Assembly: GCA_965140785.1 (NCBI GenBank)
Contig: OZ223481.1
Location: 288,001-352,000, forward strand
DNA from: an uncultured Ruficoccus sp.
GTDB lineage: Bacteria > Verrucomicrobiota > Verrucomicrobiia > Opitutales > Cerasicoccaceae
DNA: 64,000 nucleotides
Direction of reading: 5' to 3'
Below the pieces are notes generated by a model. It was not told the DNA's origin, made no database searches, and saw only the letters and a program-made list of their open reading frames with translations. Positions 50,756 to 63,231 of the stretch are shown here, piece by piece (the first letter of the stretch is position 1; each line of letters begins with the position of its first letter). The translations under genes were made by a program, and so were the position numbers.

Positions 50756-51601
50756 ATGAATGAACACAACCACCTCCATCACCGTGTGAGCATCGTCCTC
50801 ACCTGCCTGTTTTTTATGACCGCTCAACCTCTCATCTCCCAGGAAACTTTCCGTCCGGCCTACGAAGAGGCCCTAAAGGCCCCGTGGCAGGAAACCTTCC
50901 ATGATTCCGGTCAGGACGACTGGCAGGATAAATGGTTCCTCGACGGGCGCAAGGCGACGGTGGAGAACACGGATGAGGGCATGTTTTTCGCCGCCGGCCC
51001 GATCGCCGGAGACCACGCCTCGCACGCGGTCCTGTGGACCAAGGAGAGCTTCGAGGGCGACCTCAAGCTCGAGTTCGATTTCACCCGGATGGACACGATT
51101 TACCACTACGTGTGCATTGTCTATCTCTACGCTACCGGAGCAGGTCCGGCTCCCTACACTGAGGATATTGAGGCGTGGCGCAACCTGCGCCAGATCCCAT
51201 TCATGAGGTCGTATTTCGACCACATGAATCTGCTTCACGTCAGCTTTGCGGCGTTCGGAAACAAGAGCAGTGACGGTAAGGACTCCGCCTATATCCGCGC
51301 CCGGCGCTACCCGCGCTCGCTTTTCGAGGGCGACTTCGCGAAAATGGCGCTTGAGCCGGACTTTTCGGCGGTGGGTCTCTTCGAGCCCGGCGTGCCGCAC
51401 CATGTCACCTTCATTCGCCGCGGCAACGAGTTTTTCATGAACGTCGAAAACCCCGAGGGCGAACACCTTTTCCGGTGGGACCTGTCCCAAATGCCTTCGG
51501 TGAACCAGGGGCGTATCGGTCTGCGTCACATGTACCAACGGGCCGGTATTTACCAGAATATCTCCGTCAGCCAGCCGGACGAGGACACCTCGGCGCAATA
51601 A
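50756..51601 (+). CDS. DUF1961/YesU-like lectin-fold protein
   Basis: HAVLWTKESFEGDLKLEFDF, LLHVSFA, YIRARRYP, GRIGLRHM; start uncertain. Confidence 0.75.
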   Translation: MNEHNHLHHRVSIVLTCLFFMTAQPLISQETFRPAYEEALKAPWQETFHDSGQDDWQDKWFLDGRKATVENTDEGMFFAAGPIAGDHASHAVLWTKESFEGDLKLEFDFTRMDTIYHYVCIVYLYATGAGPAPYTEDIEAWRNLRQIPFMRSYFDHMNLLHVSFAAFGNKSSDGKDSAYIRARRYPRSLFEGDFAKMALEPDFSAVGLFEPGVPHHVTFIRRGNEFFMNVENPEGEHLFRWDLSQMPSVNQGRIGLRHMYQRAGIYQNISVSQPDEDTSAQ

Positions 51602-51637
51602 CATCTCTCGGCGAGGGGGGCACGGGCTATGCCCGGC

Positions 51638-52771
51638 CTATTCGAACCACTTTTTGGCCTTTTCGAAAAAGCCCTCGCTCATGGGCTGGTCGGCGTCGCC
51701 ACAGGCGGTGGCGAATTCTTCCAGCTTGGCGCGTTGTTCGCCGTTGAGCTTTTTGGGCACCTCGATCTCGACCTGGATAAGCTGGTCGCCGTGGTGGCCG
51801 CCGCGCAGGGTGGGCATGCCCTTGCCGCGCAGGCGGAAGGTGGTGCCGCTCTGGGTGCCGGCGGGAATTTTTAGCGAAGCCTTGCCCTTGAGGGTGGGAA
51901 CTTCGATGGTGCCGCCGAGCGCGGCGAGGGTGAACTTGATCGGGATCAGGCAGTAAAGGTTCTGGTCGTGCCGCTCGAAGACCTCGTGCTCTTTGACGTG
52001 GATGATGACGTAGAGGTCGCCGGCGGGCGCACCGTTGGGGCCGGCCTCACCGCTGCCGGAGGAGCGCAGGCGCGAACCGGTATCGACGCCGGCGGGAATC
52101 TTCACCTTGAGCGTGTTCGTCTCGTCCACGACGCCGTGGCCGGAGCAGTTGGAGCAGGGCTTGTCCACCACCTTGCCGCGACCCTGGCAGGTCGGGCAGT
52201 GCTGGCGCACCTGGAAAAAACCGCGTGAGCTGATGACCTGGCCGGCACCGCCGCAGGTCGGGCAGACGCGTTCGCCGCTGCCGGGTTCGGCCCCGGAGCC
52301 GCTGCACTTGCCGCAGGCGGCCTGGCGGCGGTACTTGACCGTTTTCTCCACACCTTCGGCGGCTTCCTCCAGCGAGATCTCCAGGTCGTAGCGCAGGTCG
52401 TTGCCGCGCTGGGGGCCGCGTCCGCCACCACCGCCGAAAAACTCCTCGAAGATGCCGCCGCCACCACCGCCGCCGCCGAAGACCTCGCGGAAGACGTCGA
52501 AGGGGTCGTGGAAGCCGCCCGCTCCAGCCCCGGCCCGCCCGGCGCCCTGCTCGAAGGCGGCGTGGCCGTAGCGGTCGTAGGCGGCGCGCTTGTCCGGGTT
52601 GCTCAGGACCTCGTAGGCGTGGCCGATTTCCTTAAAACGGGCCTCGGCCTCGGCATCGCCCGGATTTTTGTCCGGGTGGTACTTCATGGCCAGCTTGCGG
52701 TAGGCCTTTTTAATGTCCTGCTCGGAGGCGTCCCGGCTGACGCCGAGTTCTTCGTAATAATCTTTCGCCAT
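51638..52771 (-). CDS. dnaJ: Chaperone DnaJ
   Basis: J-domain HPD, G/F-rich region, four CxxCxGxG motifs. Confidence 0.98.
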   Translation of the reverse strand: MAKDYYEELGVSRDASEQDIKKAYRKLAMKYHPDKNPGDAEAEARFKEIGHAYEVLSNPDKRAAYDRYGHAAFEQGAGRAGAGAGGFHDPFDVFREVFGGGGGGGGIFEEFFGGGGGRGPQRGNDLRYDLEISLEEAAEGVEKTVKYRRQAACGKCSGSGAEPGSGERVCPTCGGAGQVISSRGFFQVRQHCPTCQGRGKVVDKPCSNCSGHGVVDETNTLKVKIPAGVDTGSRLRSSGSGEAGPNGAPAGDLYVIIHVKEHEVFERHDQNLYCLIPIKFTLAALGGTIEVPTLKGKASLKIPAGTQSGTTFRLRGKGMPTLRGGHHGDQLIQVEIEVPKKLNGEQRAKLEEFATACGDADQPMSEGFFEKAKKWFE

Positions 52772-52780
52772 TTGCTGGGC

Positions 52781-53377
52781 TTACTCCTGGGCCGGCCCGG
52801 AAGAGACCACGACCGAGGCCGGTCGCAGCAGGCGTTGGTTGAGCTGATAACCGGCCCGCACGAGCGTGATCACCTGGTGGTCGTCAAACTCGTCGCTGGG
52901 CTGCTGGGAAACAGCTTCGTGCAGATTGTGGTCAAAGGCATCGCCGGGGGCTGGCTCAAGAATGGTCAGTCCGTGTTCGCCGAGGACCTGACGCAACTGG
53001 GCGGCCACGACCTCGAAGCCCTTGCTGACGTCGGCGGCTTCGGGGTGGTTGCCCGCGGCGGCGAGGCCGAGGCGGAAATTGTCGAGCGCGGGCAGGAGCT
53101 CTTCGATCAGCCCGGCATTGGCCAGCAGGCGGGATTCTTCTTTCTCGCGGGCGGCGCGGCGGCGGAAATTATCCAGGTCGGCCATGGCCCGCAGGTAGCG
53201 GTCCTCGTAGTCCTTGGCATTGGCCTGAGCCTTGTCCAGCTCTTCGAGCAGCTGCGCCGTCTCCGAGCCGGCTTCGGCGGAAGCCTTCTCAGGAGCGACC
53301 GTTTCTTCCGGGGTCTGAGCGGCCTGTTTATCGGCGGTGGCCGCTTCCGGTTCTTGGTTTTCGGGTTTCTCCTTCAT
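52781..53377 (-). CDS. grpE: Nucleotide exchange factor GrpE
   Basis: YLRAMADLDNFRRR, LLPALDNF, FDHNLHEAV, GYQLNQRLLRPASVVV. Confidence 0.96.
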   Translation of the reverse strand: MKEKPENQEPEAATADKQAAQTPEETVAPEKASAEAGSETAQLLEELDKAQANAKDYEDRYLRAMADLDNFRRRAAREKEESRLLANAGLIEELLPALDNFRLGLAAAGNHPEAADVSKGFEVVAAQLRQVLGEHGLTILEPAPGDAFDHNLHEAVSQQPSDEFDDHQVITLVRAGYQLNQRLLRPASVVVSSGPAQE

Positions 53378-53537
53378 AGACGTGTGGTGTCGGTAAGAGG
53401 GGAAACCATTACCCAATCCCGGCGAGATTCAAGGGCTTTTTTTGCGGGAAAGGCCGCGGAGGCCGTTATTTCCCAACAAAAACGGATGTTCGGACAGGCG
53501 GATCGGGGGGCGCCGGGCCGGGGCACTCGGGCGGTGC

Positions 53538-54345
53538 TCAGGGCTCCTGGGAGGGGCGCAGGGAGTCTGCGGCACGCTCGCGCAGACTCTGGGAGATGTC
53601 GTCGGAGAGATTATCGAGCCGGTCCCCCAGCAGGTCCGGCGCGGTGGGGGTAATATCCTCGAAGCACTGAACTGGCAGCGCCGCGAAAAGCGCCTGGAAA
53701 AAGGCGGGGCTGAGCCCGTGCAGGCCGCGGGCGCGCAGCTCACGCTCCACCTCGGGGAAGACCTCGGTGCTGCGGCTGACATCCGTAAAAACGCCTTCGT
53801 AGTCGAGCTTGACCCGGGCGATATCGGGGCGGCGAAAGGTGTGGTTTTCGATCACGGCTTCGTTGATATTCAGGCGGAAGCTCTCCAGTTGCAGGGGCTC
53901 ACCCGAGAGCGCCGGGGCGGCGGGCTGGTAATCGACCGCATCGATAAAGGCCGCGATGTTGCTGGGGGCCTTTTTCGGGGATGACGATAGTGATGGAGTC
54001 GATGTTCATCTCCACCGCGCGGGCGCGGAAGTCCCCGTCGGTCATCTCGGCTAGGGGGAGCTTGACCGCCAGTTTGCGGATATGCAGAAAACTCTCTTCG
54101 GGGAAGCCGGGCGGGTTTTCGACAACGACATCCTCGAACACCAGTTCGCGGGAGAGCAGTTCGAGGTTGGCGTCATCAATGCGCACCTCGAAGCCGCTGC
54201 GCTGCTCGATCCACCCGGCGGCAAACTTCGGCGTCCACGCCTCGGCCACCCAGAAGAGCACGATCAGGCCGATCGCTGCTATCACCAGCAGGACGGTCAG
54301 CATGCTGGCCAGACAACCGAAGGGCTTGAAGAGAAGTTTCAGCAT
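53538..54345 (-). pseudogene. Short AsmA-like N-anchored protein, +1 frameshift in a C5 run (53964-53968)
   Basis: TM, then IEQRSGFEVRI...VVVENPPGFPE; removing one C joins ORF 53899-54345 to ORF 53538-53855. Confidence 0.7.
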
Positions 54346-54366
54346 GAGGTGGGATGAATACGATTT

Positions 54367-54448
54367 CTCTCACAAAGACGGCAAAGAACACAAAACGGTC
54401 GCGCAAAAGTCTGAAAAGCCTCTGTGTTCTCTGTGCCTCCGTGTGAGA
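54367..54448. repeat. Degenerate inverted repeat of 9-bp-period CACAGAG/CTCTGTG units
   Basis: TCTCACAAAGACGGCAAAGAACACAAA ... TCTGTGTTCTCTGTGCCTCCGTGTGAGA; related units at 20575-20630. Confidence 0.65.
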
Positions 54449-54532
54449 AATCAAGTATTTGTTGTGGTTCCGGGGGGGATAGCGGCCTTTGTGGCCGCGT
54501 AAGGGGCGGAACCCCTTCAAGGTCCCGTGCGG

Positions 54533-55483
54533 TCACGCACCGAAGCCGTCGGTGATGATGACGGTGGTCGGGGCGATGGCCTCGAAGGTGAAAGCCTCGT
54601 TGTAGGGCAGCAGGACGTTGGCGCTGCGCGGCACGGTGTCGGCGTCGGTGGTTTCGCGCAGGGCGCCCTCGACCACCCCGAGCAGACGGGGCTGTTCTCC
54701 GGCAGGAAACTCCAGCTTCTCGCCCGGGTTGAGCGTGTGGCGAGTGAGGTTGAACAGCTCCGACTCGGCGATGACCTGGGTCTTGCCCTCGGGGCGCAGG
54801 AGGTCCGGCTCAAAGTCGTTGAAATCGATGCATTGGAGGGACTTTTCGATGTGGAGCTCGCGGGGCTTGCCGTCGAGCCCGACGCGGCCCCAGTCGTACA
54901 CGCGGTAGGTGGTGTCGGAGTTTTGCTGGATCTCGAGAATGAGGCAGCCGGCGTCGAGGGCGTGGAGGCGTCCGCTGCGCACAAACATCGACTCGCCCTT
55001 TTTGGCGGGGATGCGGTGCACGAGGGGTTCGGCCCGGTTTTCGTGCAGGGCGGTTTCGAACTGCTCGCGGGTGACGCCTTTTTTCAAGCCAACGAGCATG
55101 GCCGCGTCCGGTTCGGCCTCGGCCACGTACCAGTTTTCGGTCTTGGGCTCGCCGCCGAGGCTGGGGGCGATCTCCGCCGGGGGGTGGACCTGGAGGCTCA
55201 GACGGTCCTGGCAGTCCAGCCACTTGACCAGAATGGGAAAGGGCGTGGACGGATCGTAGCCGGGGCCCATGACGGAACCGGCGTGCGTTTCGAGCAACTC
55301 GCGCAGGGTCTTGCCCCGTTGTGGGCCTTCGGCCACCACGGACTGGGCCTCGGGCCGGTCCACGATCTCCCAGCTCTCACCGATAGGGGAGGAGCCGGGC
55401 AGGTCGCGACCGAGCTTCTCGGAGAGCCCGCGACCGCCCCAGACGCGTTCCTGATAGATGGGCTTAAAAGTGTACATGCGCAT
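54533..55483 (-). CDS. manA: Mannose-6-phosphate isomerase, class I
   Basis: ERVWGG, IGESWEI, FPILVKWLD...LSLQVHP, KTENWY, LEIQQNSDTTYRVYDW. Confidence 0.92.
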   Translation of the reverse strand: MRMYTFKPIYQERVWGGRGLSEKLGRDLPGSSPIGESWEIVDRPEAQSVVAEGPQRGKTLRELLETHAGSVMGPGYDPSTPFPILVKWLDCQDRLSLQVHPPAEIAPSLGGEPKTENWYVAEAEPDAAMLVGLKKGVTREQFETALHENRAEPLVHRIPAKKGESMFVRSGRLHALDAGCLILEIQQNSDTTYRVYDWGRVGLDGKPRELHIEKSLQCIDFNDFEPDLLRPEGKTQVIAESELFNLTRHTLNPGEKLEFPAGEQPRLLGVVEGALRETTDADTVPRSANVLLPYNEAFTFEAIAPTTVIITDGFGA

Positions 55484-55734
55484 GCCAAAAGGAATAGACG
55501 GCCCCCGCGTTCAGGTCAAGCAGCCGGACACTCCGGCTGGAGTAGCAATGATGGGGCAGAGCCCCGTGGCTGCACGGTAACACCGGGGATTCGCAAAATT
55601 GTTGGTCCCGGCTCTGGTCCTGAGGTGTTCGCTTCGCTCTACAGGCTTTTGGCCGGGCAATGTCATGAAAACACCGGGTTTCGGGGTTCGGACTTGTTTT
55701 TGAACATGCGCGGACTAGGATGGTCATTTTGGAA

Positions 55735-58320
<2,586 letters not shown>

Positions 58321-58535
58321 GTTTGAGAGTTTGAGCGTTGGGGAGCGGGCTGAGCGCGTGCGCGGAGATAGCCGTCAGGGGCGAGTTTTTTACACACGTA
58401 CAGAAGCCCGTGGGGTCATCGGGGGCTCTCGCCGCCGCTTGCGGTCCTTATCGCTGAGGCCGGAAATTCTCGTCGGCACGGGGGCGGAGCCTTAACGCCG
58501 CCGATGGCTAAATGCGCTTGGACCGGGTACCTGTA

Positions 58536-60521
58536 TCAATCCTGGGAAAGATAAGTGTTCTCGTTTAAGATGCGCTGGATATGTTGCTTGTACAGTTTAA
58601 GCGGCTTCAAGTCCATATCGACGTCGTGGTCGCTAAACTTTTCTATGCGGGCTGTTCCAGCTTTCATACGCTGTTCGCTGAATTTTAACTCGCGCAAGCG
58701 GGTATCCGATGCTTCTAAGAGATCATGGATCAGGGACAAAAATTCCAAGTCATCTTTAATACTCTGTCTCTCTGTCGGACTCATTTCAGCCGCCTTTTTA
58801 TTGGTCTGAACGAGTTGATATAAGGCATCAAATCCGGGGTTGGGCTTGTCAGTTTCTGCTGCCTTGAGTTCTAGCGCATCGCTAAAGATTTTTGTCATGT
58901 TCACCAATGAAGCGCTGGGCATGTTATCCAAATCGGACGAATAGATGAAACCATCCATCAGTTGAGTGCAGCCGGGGAACCTAAGCTCTAGTAATGTCAT
59001 GGCCAACGCGTAGCTGTCCATTTCAGAGCCATAATCATGGTCTGCCACCCCTAATCGGGTGTACTCAGAGCCGTCATGGCCTTCGAAAGAATAGAAGCTT
59101 TTCTCGTGCAACTGGTAGTCGCTACCTTCGGCTTGCTCTGATATATCCGGGCCCAGTTTCATCAGGTAACGGTGCCCGCCCAGAGTGATGTTGTTGCCAT
59201 CATAGAGGAGGCTATCCGGGCAGATGTGGTCGTGAAGGCAATTTCTCGAGGCTAAGGTGTTTAGGATATGCATGCATTGGGCGGCTATCTTCTTCAGTTG
59301 GAGATGTTCCAGTCCGCCGTAGCGCGAGAGCTCAATGCCGGTAGCTGTACGCAGCTCAATGCCGTTATCATCATCACTTAAATACTCTATTATGCTTTTC
59401 TGTTCTTTGGAAGGAACTGGAAAATATACTCCCACGATGGAGAGGCTTACCGGGTTCTTGGAGTTCTGGTCCTTGGGATGATTGGCGGGATCTAGAAACT
59501 CACGCACATTATTCCCCTCGTTTTTGACGAAAGTTAATGCACCTTTTTCCCTTTTCTTCATCTTTTGATCATCCTTAATCAGGTAGTACGCGGGGACTTG
59601 AATCCCATCGTCCTGAGGGAGATAGGTATAGGCTATAACCGCCGTTTGAATAGGAAAAGGGGAAAACTTTTCGCGATTTTCAAGCGTATCCAGGCAGTTG
59701 CTGTCTTGCTTCGTGTGAGCGTGGCGTAGTAACTCATACTGACGGTCTGGATTGTTTTTTTCGGCTATGCATTGAGGGAAGCCTGAGTAGTCTTCGGAAA
59801 TGGCTTTATCACCGTCGATAATCACAGGGCCTTTGTTGGCATTAACAGGCGGGACGTGTATGTCTGTGATCGTCTTACCGGGGTTGTTACGTGGGGATTC
59901 CTCAAAATCTATCTTAATCTCTTCCTCATTTTCGCGGGAGAAGGTCTCCATGTCTTCCTGGGTCTGCGCGGGGATATCCGGCTCTAACCGGGGAGACTCC
60001 CTGTCACGGCTTAAAAAAGGCTTGTCTTTCAATAACGAAAACAGGAGCCCGTCCTTGTGCTTGAGTGTGGCCAGGGCTTCGTCCACAGGCAGCTTTTTTT
60101 GGGAGACGGCGTCGAGTGTTTCCAGATAGGTGGCCAGGGAGCGCGTGCCGATACGGTTGTAGCGTTGCTCACAGTAGGAGGCGAAAACCTGTTGCAGCTT
60201 CCGGAGGGTGAGGGGGTTAATTTTGGAGCCGTAGGATCTCTCGATCAGCGTTTCCAGAACCTGGCGTGTCCGGGTCATGGCAGGTTCTTTTCGTGCGCAA
60301 ATCTGATACCATGACTTGCGTTCAAAGGCCAGGGTTTGGTTGGGGTCGTGGGCATGCATGACGCGCATGACCCCGCTTTTGACGCTGCCATCCGCGTGAA
60401 AAAGGTTTGCCCTCAAGCCCTGCAGAAGCGATTCGGCCTTGTCGGCAGAGACCTTCTGCAGACTCGGGTTGTCATAGATGTTTCCGGAGAATCCGGTGAC
60501 GCCTGTTATTTGGGTCGGCAT
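58536..60521 (-). CDS. AT-rich hypothetical protein with degenerate protein-kinase-like C-lobe (pseudokinase)
   Basis: 661-aa ORF; LKKIAAQCMHILNTLASRNCLHDHICPDSLLYD and GSEY...DYGSEMDSYALAMTLLEL follow kinase subdomains VIa-IX. Confidence 0.7.
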   Translation of the reverse strand: MPTQITGVTGFSGNIYDNPSLQKVSADKAESLLQGLRANLFHADGSVKSGVMRVMHAHDPNQTLAFERKSWYQICARKEPAMTRTRQVLETLIERSYGSKINPLTLRKLQQVFASYCEQRYNRIGTRSLATYLETLDAVSQKKLPVDEALATLKHKDGLLFSLLKDKPFLSRDRESPRLEPDIPAQTQEDMETFSRENEEEIKIDFEESPRNNPGKTITDIHVPPVNANKGPVIIDGDKAISEDYSGFPQCIAEKNNPDRQYELLRHAHTKQDSNCLDTLENREKFSPFPIQTAVIAYTYLPQDDGIQVPAYYLIKDDQKMKKREKGALTFVKNEGNNVREFLDPANHPKDQNSKNPVSLSIVGVYFPVPSKEQKSIIEYLSDDDNGIELRTATGIELSRYGGLEHLQLKKIAAQCMHILNTLASRNCLHDHICPDSLLYDGNNITLGGHRYLMKLGPDISEQAEGSDYQLHEKSFYSFEGHDGSEYTRLGVADHDYGSEMDSYALAMTLLELRFPGCTQLMDGFIYSSDLDNMPSASLVNMTKIFSDALELKAAETDKPNPGFDALYQLVQTNKKAAEMSPTERQSIKDDLEFLSLIHDLLEASDTRLRELKFSEQRMKAGTARIEKFSDHDVDMDLKPLKLYKQHIQRILNENTYLSQD

Positions 60522-60911
60522 AATGACTGAGGATTATTAATGCTCCACGATGGGCATAAGCTCGTCTATCTGTCCCTTGTAGGAATACTACAATGAGTCA
60601 GTTCTTATAGCCTGTCAATCACAGCCAGTGAGTATCGAATAAGATATATGCGCACAAAAACCAGGTCGAGTTAACTGATGTGAGCCACGAGGTTCGTCTG
60701 TCTGCTGGGTTGATAGAGGCGGGTGAGGTCAGCTTAAACGAACTTTCGGCACCTGCGTAGCGTGGGGTGAGATTTCTGTAGGCAAACGACCCTTGACTGC
60801 GAGCCACGGGGGCAACGCCCCATCCGAATGCGAAAGCATCCTGGGTGCGGGGCATGCCCTGCTTTCTGCCTTGCCATTGGTTGGGGAATTCTCACAGACT
60901 CAGGATTTTAC

Positions 60912-61808
60912 ATGCCTAACATCGGGGACAGATTAGAGGAAGCACGTAAGCGTCAGGGTATCTCCATCCGCGAGGCTGCCGAGGCGACGAAGGTCCGCAG
61001 CGACTTCCTGACGAATTTCGAGAACAACCAGTTCGACTTCGATCTGCCCGAGGTTTACAAGCGCGGCTTCCTGAAAATTTACGGCCGCTACCTCAAGCTG
61101 GACGAAGACAAGCTGATGACGGACTACAACGCCGTCCTGCTCGGCTCCAGCAAGGTCGCCTCCAAGCGCGAGAATCGGGAATTTTTCGGGCGGATGGATC
61201 TGCCCGATGAGCCCAAGACCCTTGGCAGCACCGAGTCGGCCCCGCCCTTTGGCGAGCACAGCGCCAAGGTCGTCAAGACCGCCAAGCTCAAGGACCGCCC
61301 CAGCTCCGGCCCGGCCGACCCGATGGAGCAGAAGACCGATTCTGCCCTGTACTGGAAGATCGGCCTGATCGTGGCGGGCACATTTGTGCTGGTCGGCCTG
61401 CTGGCCGTGTTGGTGAACATCCTGATCAGCCCGAGCGGTTCGGTGGAGCCCGTAGATGATGTGGCATCCACCCCTCCCGCCGCCGTGACCCCGGAAGTCC
61501 CGGCTGACTCGACGGTCAGTCCCGCCGCCATGAACCCGGCGGAGAACGGCGAGGTTACCATCATCGCCACCGGCGCCACACGCGTGATCGTGCGCCAGGA
61601 AAACAACGGTGAAAAACTTTTCAGCGCCTCAATGAACGCGGGCGAATCCGTTACCCTTGAGCGCAACGGCGTCATCCGGGTGGTCAGCCCCGAGATCCAG
61701 AATGTCACCGTTCAGATCGGTGGCGAGCGCTTCAAGTCCAACCAGAGCGGCCTGCGCCAGACCTGGTACGGGATGGACGGCCCCATTGCCCCGCCGACCA
61801 GCCGATAA
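60912..61808 (+). CDS. RodZ-like protein (HTH, TM, periplasmic beta domain)
   Basis: IGDRLEEARKRQGISIREAAEATKVRSDFL...YKRGFLKIYGRYLKLD; single TM; downstream of ftsK. Confidence 0.88.
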   Translation: MPNIGDRLEEARKRQGISIREAAEATKVRSDFLTNFENNQFDFDLPEVYKRGFLKIYGRYLKLDEDKLMTDYNAVLLGSSKVASKRENREFFGRMDLPDEPKTLGSTESAPPFGEHSAKVVKTAKLKDRPSSGPADPMEQKTDSALYWKIGLIVAGTFVLVGLLAVLVNILISPSGSVEPVDDVASTPPAAVTPEVPADSTVSPAAMNPAENGEVTIIATGATRVIVRQENNGEKLFSASMNAGESVTLERNGVIRVVSPEIQNVTVQIGGERFKSNQSGLRQTWYGMDGPIAPPTSR

Positions 61809-61826
61809 TTTAAAGCCCTTTTTCTT

Positions 61827-62297
61827 ATGAAAGCTAACACCCATCTGAGAATCCTCGGTTGGGTGTTCTGTTTGGGGATGGCGGTGACGGTAGCCCACGC
61901 AGAGTCCTCCCCGTCGGCTGACGCGACGACTGCCGAGAGTTCCCCCGATTCTCTCGCCCCTGTCGCGCCGGCGGTGACAGAGCCGGTAGCCACCGAGACA
62001 AGCGCGGATTTGCCCGAGGCCGAAAAGCCGCAGACGGGCAAGGTGACGCTCGTCTCAAGCGGCAATACTTACCTGCTCGTGCGCCAGGAAAAGGACACAA
62101 AGATCCTCTTCAAAGGCAGGGTCCATGCAGGCCAGACGATCGAACTGGAGCGCACCGGGGTCGTCCGCGTGGTCAGCCCCGAGATCGAGTGCATCGCCGT
62201 CAAAATCGGAGACAAGACCTACAAGTCCAACGACATCGGCCTGCGCCAGACCTGGTACGGCCTGGACGGTCCGATCCCCCCGCCGCAGGGCCAGTAA
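61827..62297 (+). CDS. Secreted paralogue of the RodZ-like C-terminal domain
   Basis: Signal peptide (AVTVAHA); shares VRQE, LER.GV.RVVSPEI and GLRQTWYG.DGPI.PP with the upstream gene. Confidence 0.85.
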   Translation: MKANTHLRILGWVFCLGMAVTVAHAESSPSADATTAESSPDSLAPVAPAVTEPVATETSADLPEAEKPQTGKVTLVSSGNTYLLVRQEKDTKILFKGRVHAGQTIELERTGVVRVVSPEIECIAVKIGDKTYKSNDIGLRQTWYGLDGPIPPPQGQ

Positions 62298-62370
62298 AGG
62301 TTGATGCGGCTGTTGCAAAAAGCTGGGCGCAGGAGCGTGTCTCCGTTGGCGCCGCCGGGAGAATATTCGC

Positions 62371-62493
62371 TGTCATCCTGGGCGAGCGTAGCACGTCGCA
62401 GGACCTCCGCGTATGAATTTCCCCGTGCCTGCCCGGCAGACCGTTCGGGGAGATCCTTCGGCGCGTCCGCAAGCGGACTTGCTCAGGATGACA
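62371..62493. repeat. 123-bp palindromic repeat element (TGTCATCCTG...CAGGATGACA type)
   Basis: Terminal IR TGTCATCCTGGGC / GCTCAGGATGACA; inner GGACCTCC / GGAGATCC; lies between convergent genes. Confidence 0.75.
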
Positions 62494-62567
62494 ACGGGCC
62501 CGGTTTCGGTTTTTCCGCCAAACCCGCCATCTGGCCAGACATCCTTCCCAAGCGGTCGTACTCCGGC

Positions 62568-63176
62568 CTATTCCTCGTCTTTTTCCAGAACGGCGGTCGG
62601 GGTCTTGTCGAAGCTGCGTTCCAGCTCCGCCATGATGTGGTTGAATCGCTGGAAGGCCGGATCGTAGTCGTCGCTCAAAACCGTGAAGCGCACTTTGAAG
62701 AAGCGGCCTTTGTAAGCGGTCAGGAAGGTGAAGGACTGGCGCAGGCCGGGGTCCTGCGTGCCGAGGATCGCATCGCCCTTTTCGGTCTGACGGTAGGTGA
62801 CGTGCCCGAAGAGGAAGGGAACGGTTTCGCCGGTCAGGTCGATCGTCCCCTGGCCGAACTGGGGCTTTGAAATGTCGGCGTAGAAACCGCGCCTGCCCAT
62901 GAGGTTAATGCTGGCGAAGACCGTAGCGAACTCCCGTTTGACGACCTCGGAGAGGCCGGTCCCCAGGTCGGTCTGACCGTTATTGTAGAAATAAATGTCG
63001 AACTTGTCCGAGCTTTGCGGGAGCTGGTAGCGCAGGCTGAACCCCAGGCCGGGGTCGTCATAGATACGCACGCCTTTCAGGGTCCAATCCCCGACATGCT
63101 CGGGAAAGACGCCGTCTGCGTGACAGAGCGTAAAGGTGAACAGGCAGGCGAGGAGGAGCAGCGATTTTCGGATCAT
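62568..63176 (-). CDS. Hypothetical exported protein
   Basis: Signal peptide MIRKSLLLLACLFTFTLCHA; ATG at 63176. Confidence 0.75.
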   Translation of the reverse strand: MIRKSLLLLACLFTFTLCHADGVFPEHVGDWTLKGVRIYDDPGLGFSLRYQLPQSSDKFDIYFYNNGQTDLGTGLSEVVKREFATVFASINLMGRRGFYADISKPQFGQGTIDLTGETVPFLFGHVTYRQTEKGDAILGTQDPGLRQSFTFLTAYKGRFFKVRFTVLSDDYDPAFQRFNHIMAELERSFDKTPTAVLEKDEE

Positions 63177-63231
63177 AGAGGAGCTGGGTTGAGGCACATC
63201 CATCCAGGCCAGACTCTCCAACTCTGAACCC

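Noticed and set aside
52772..53537. CIRCE/HrcA operator and dnaK near grpE-dnaJ
   Set aside because: No TTAGCACTC-N9-GAGTGCTAA is present; dnaK being elsewhere is not unusual.
60778..60860. c-di-GMP-I riboswitch (GGCAAAC and a GAAA tetraloop hairpin) upstream of rodZ
   Set aside because: Motif order and spacing do not fit: GGCAAAC is not directly followed by the GNRA stem, and there is no GACGCAAAGC-like segment.
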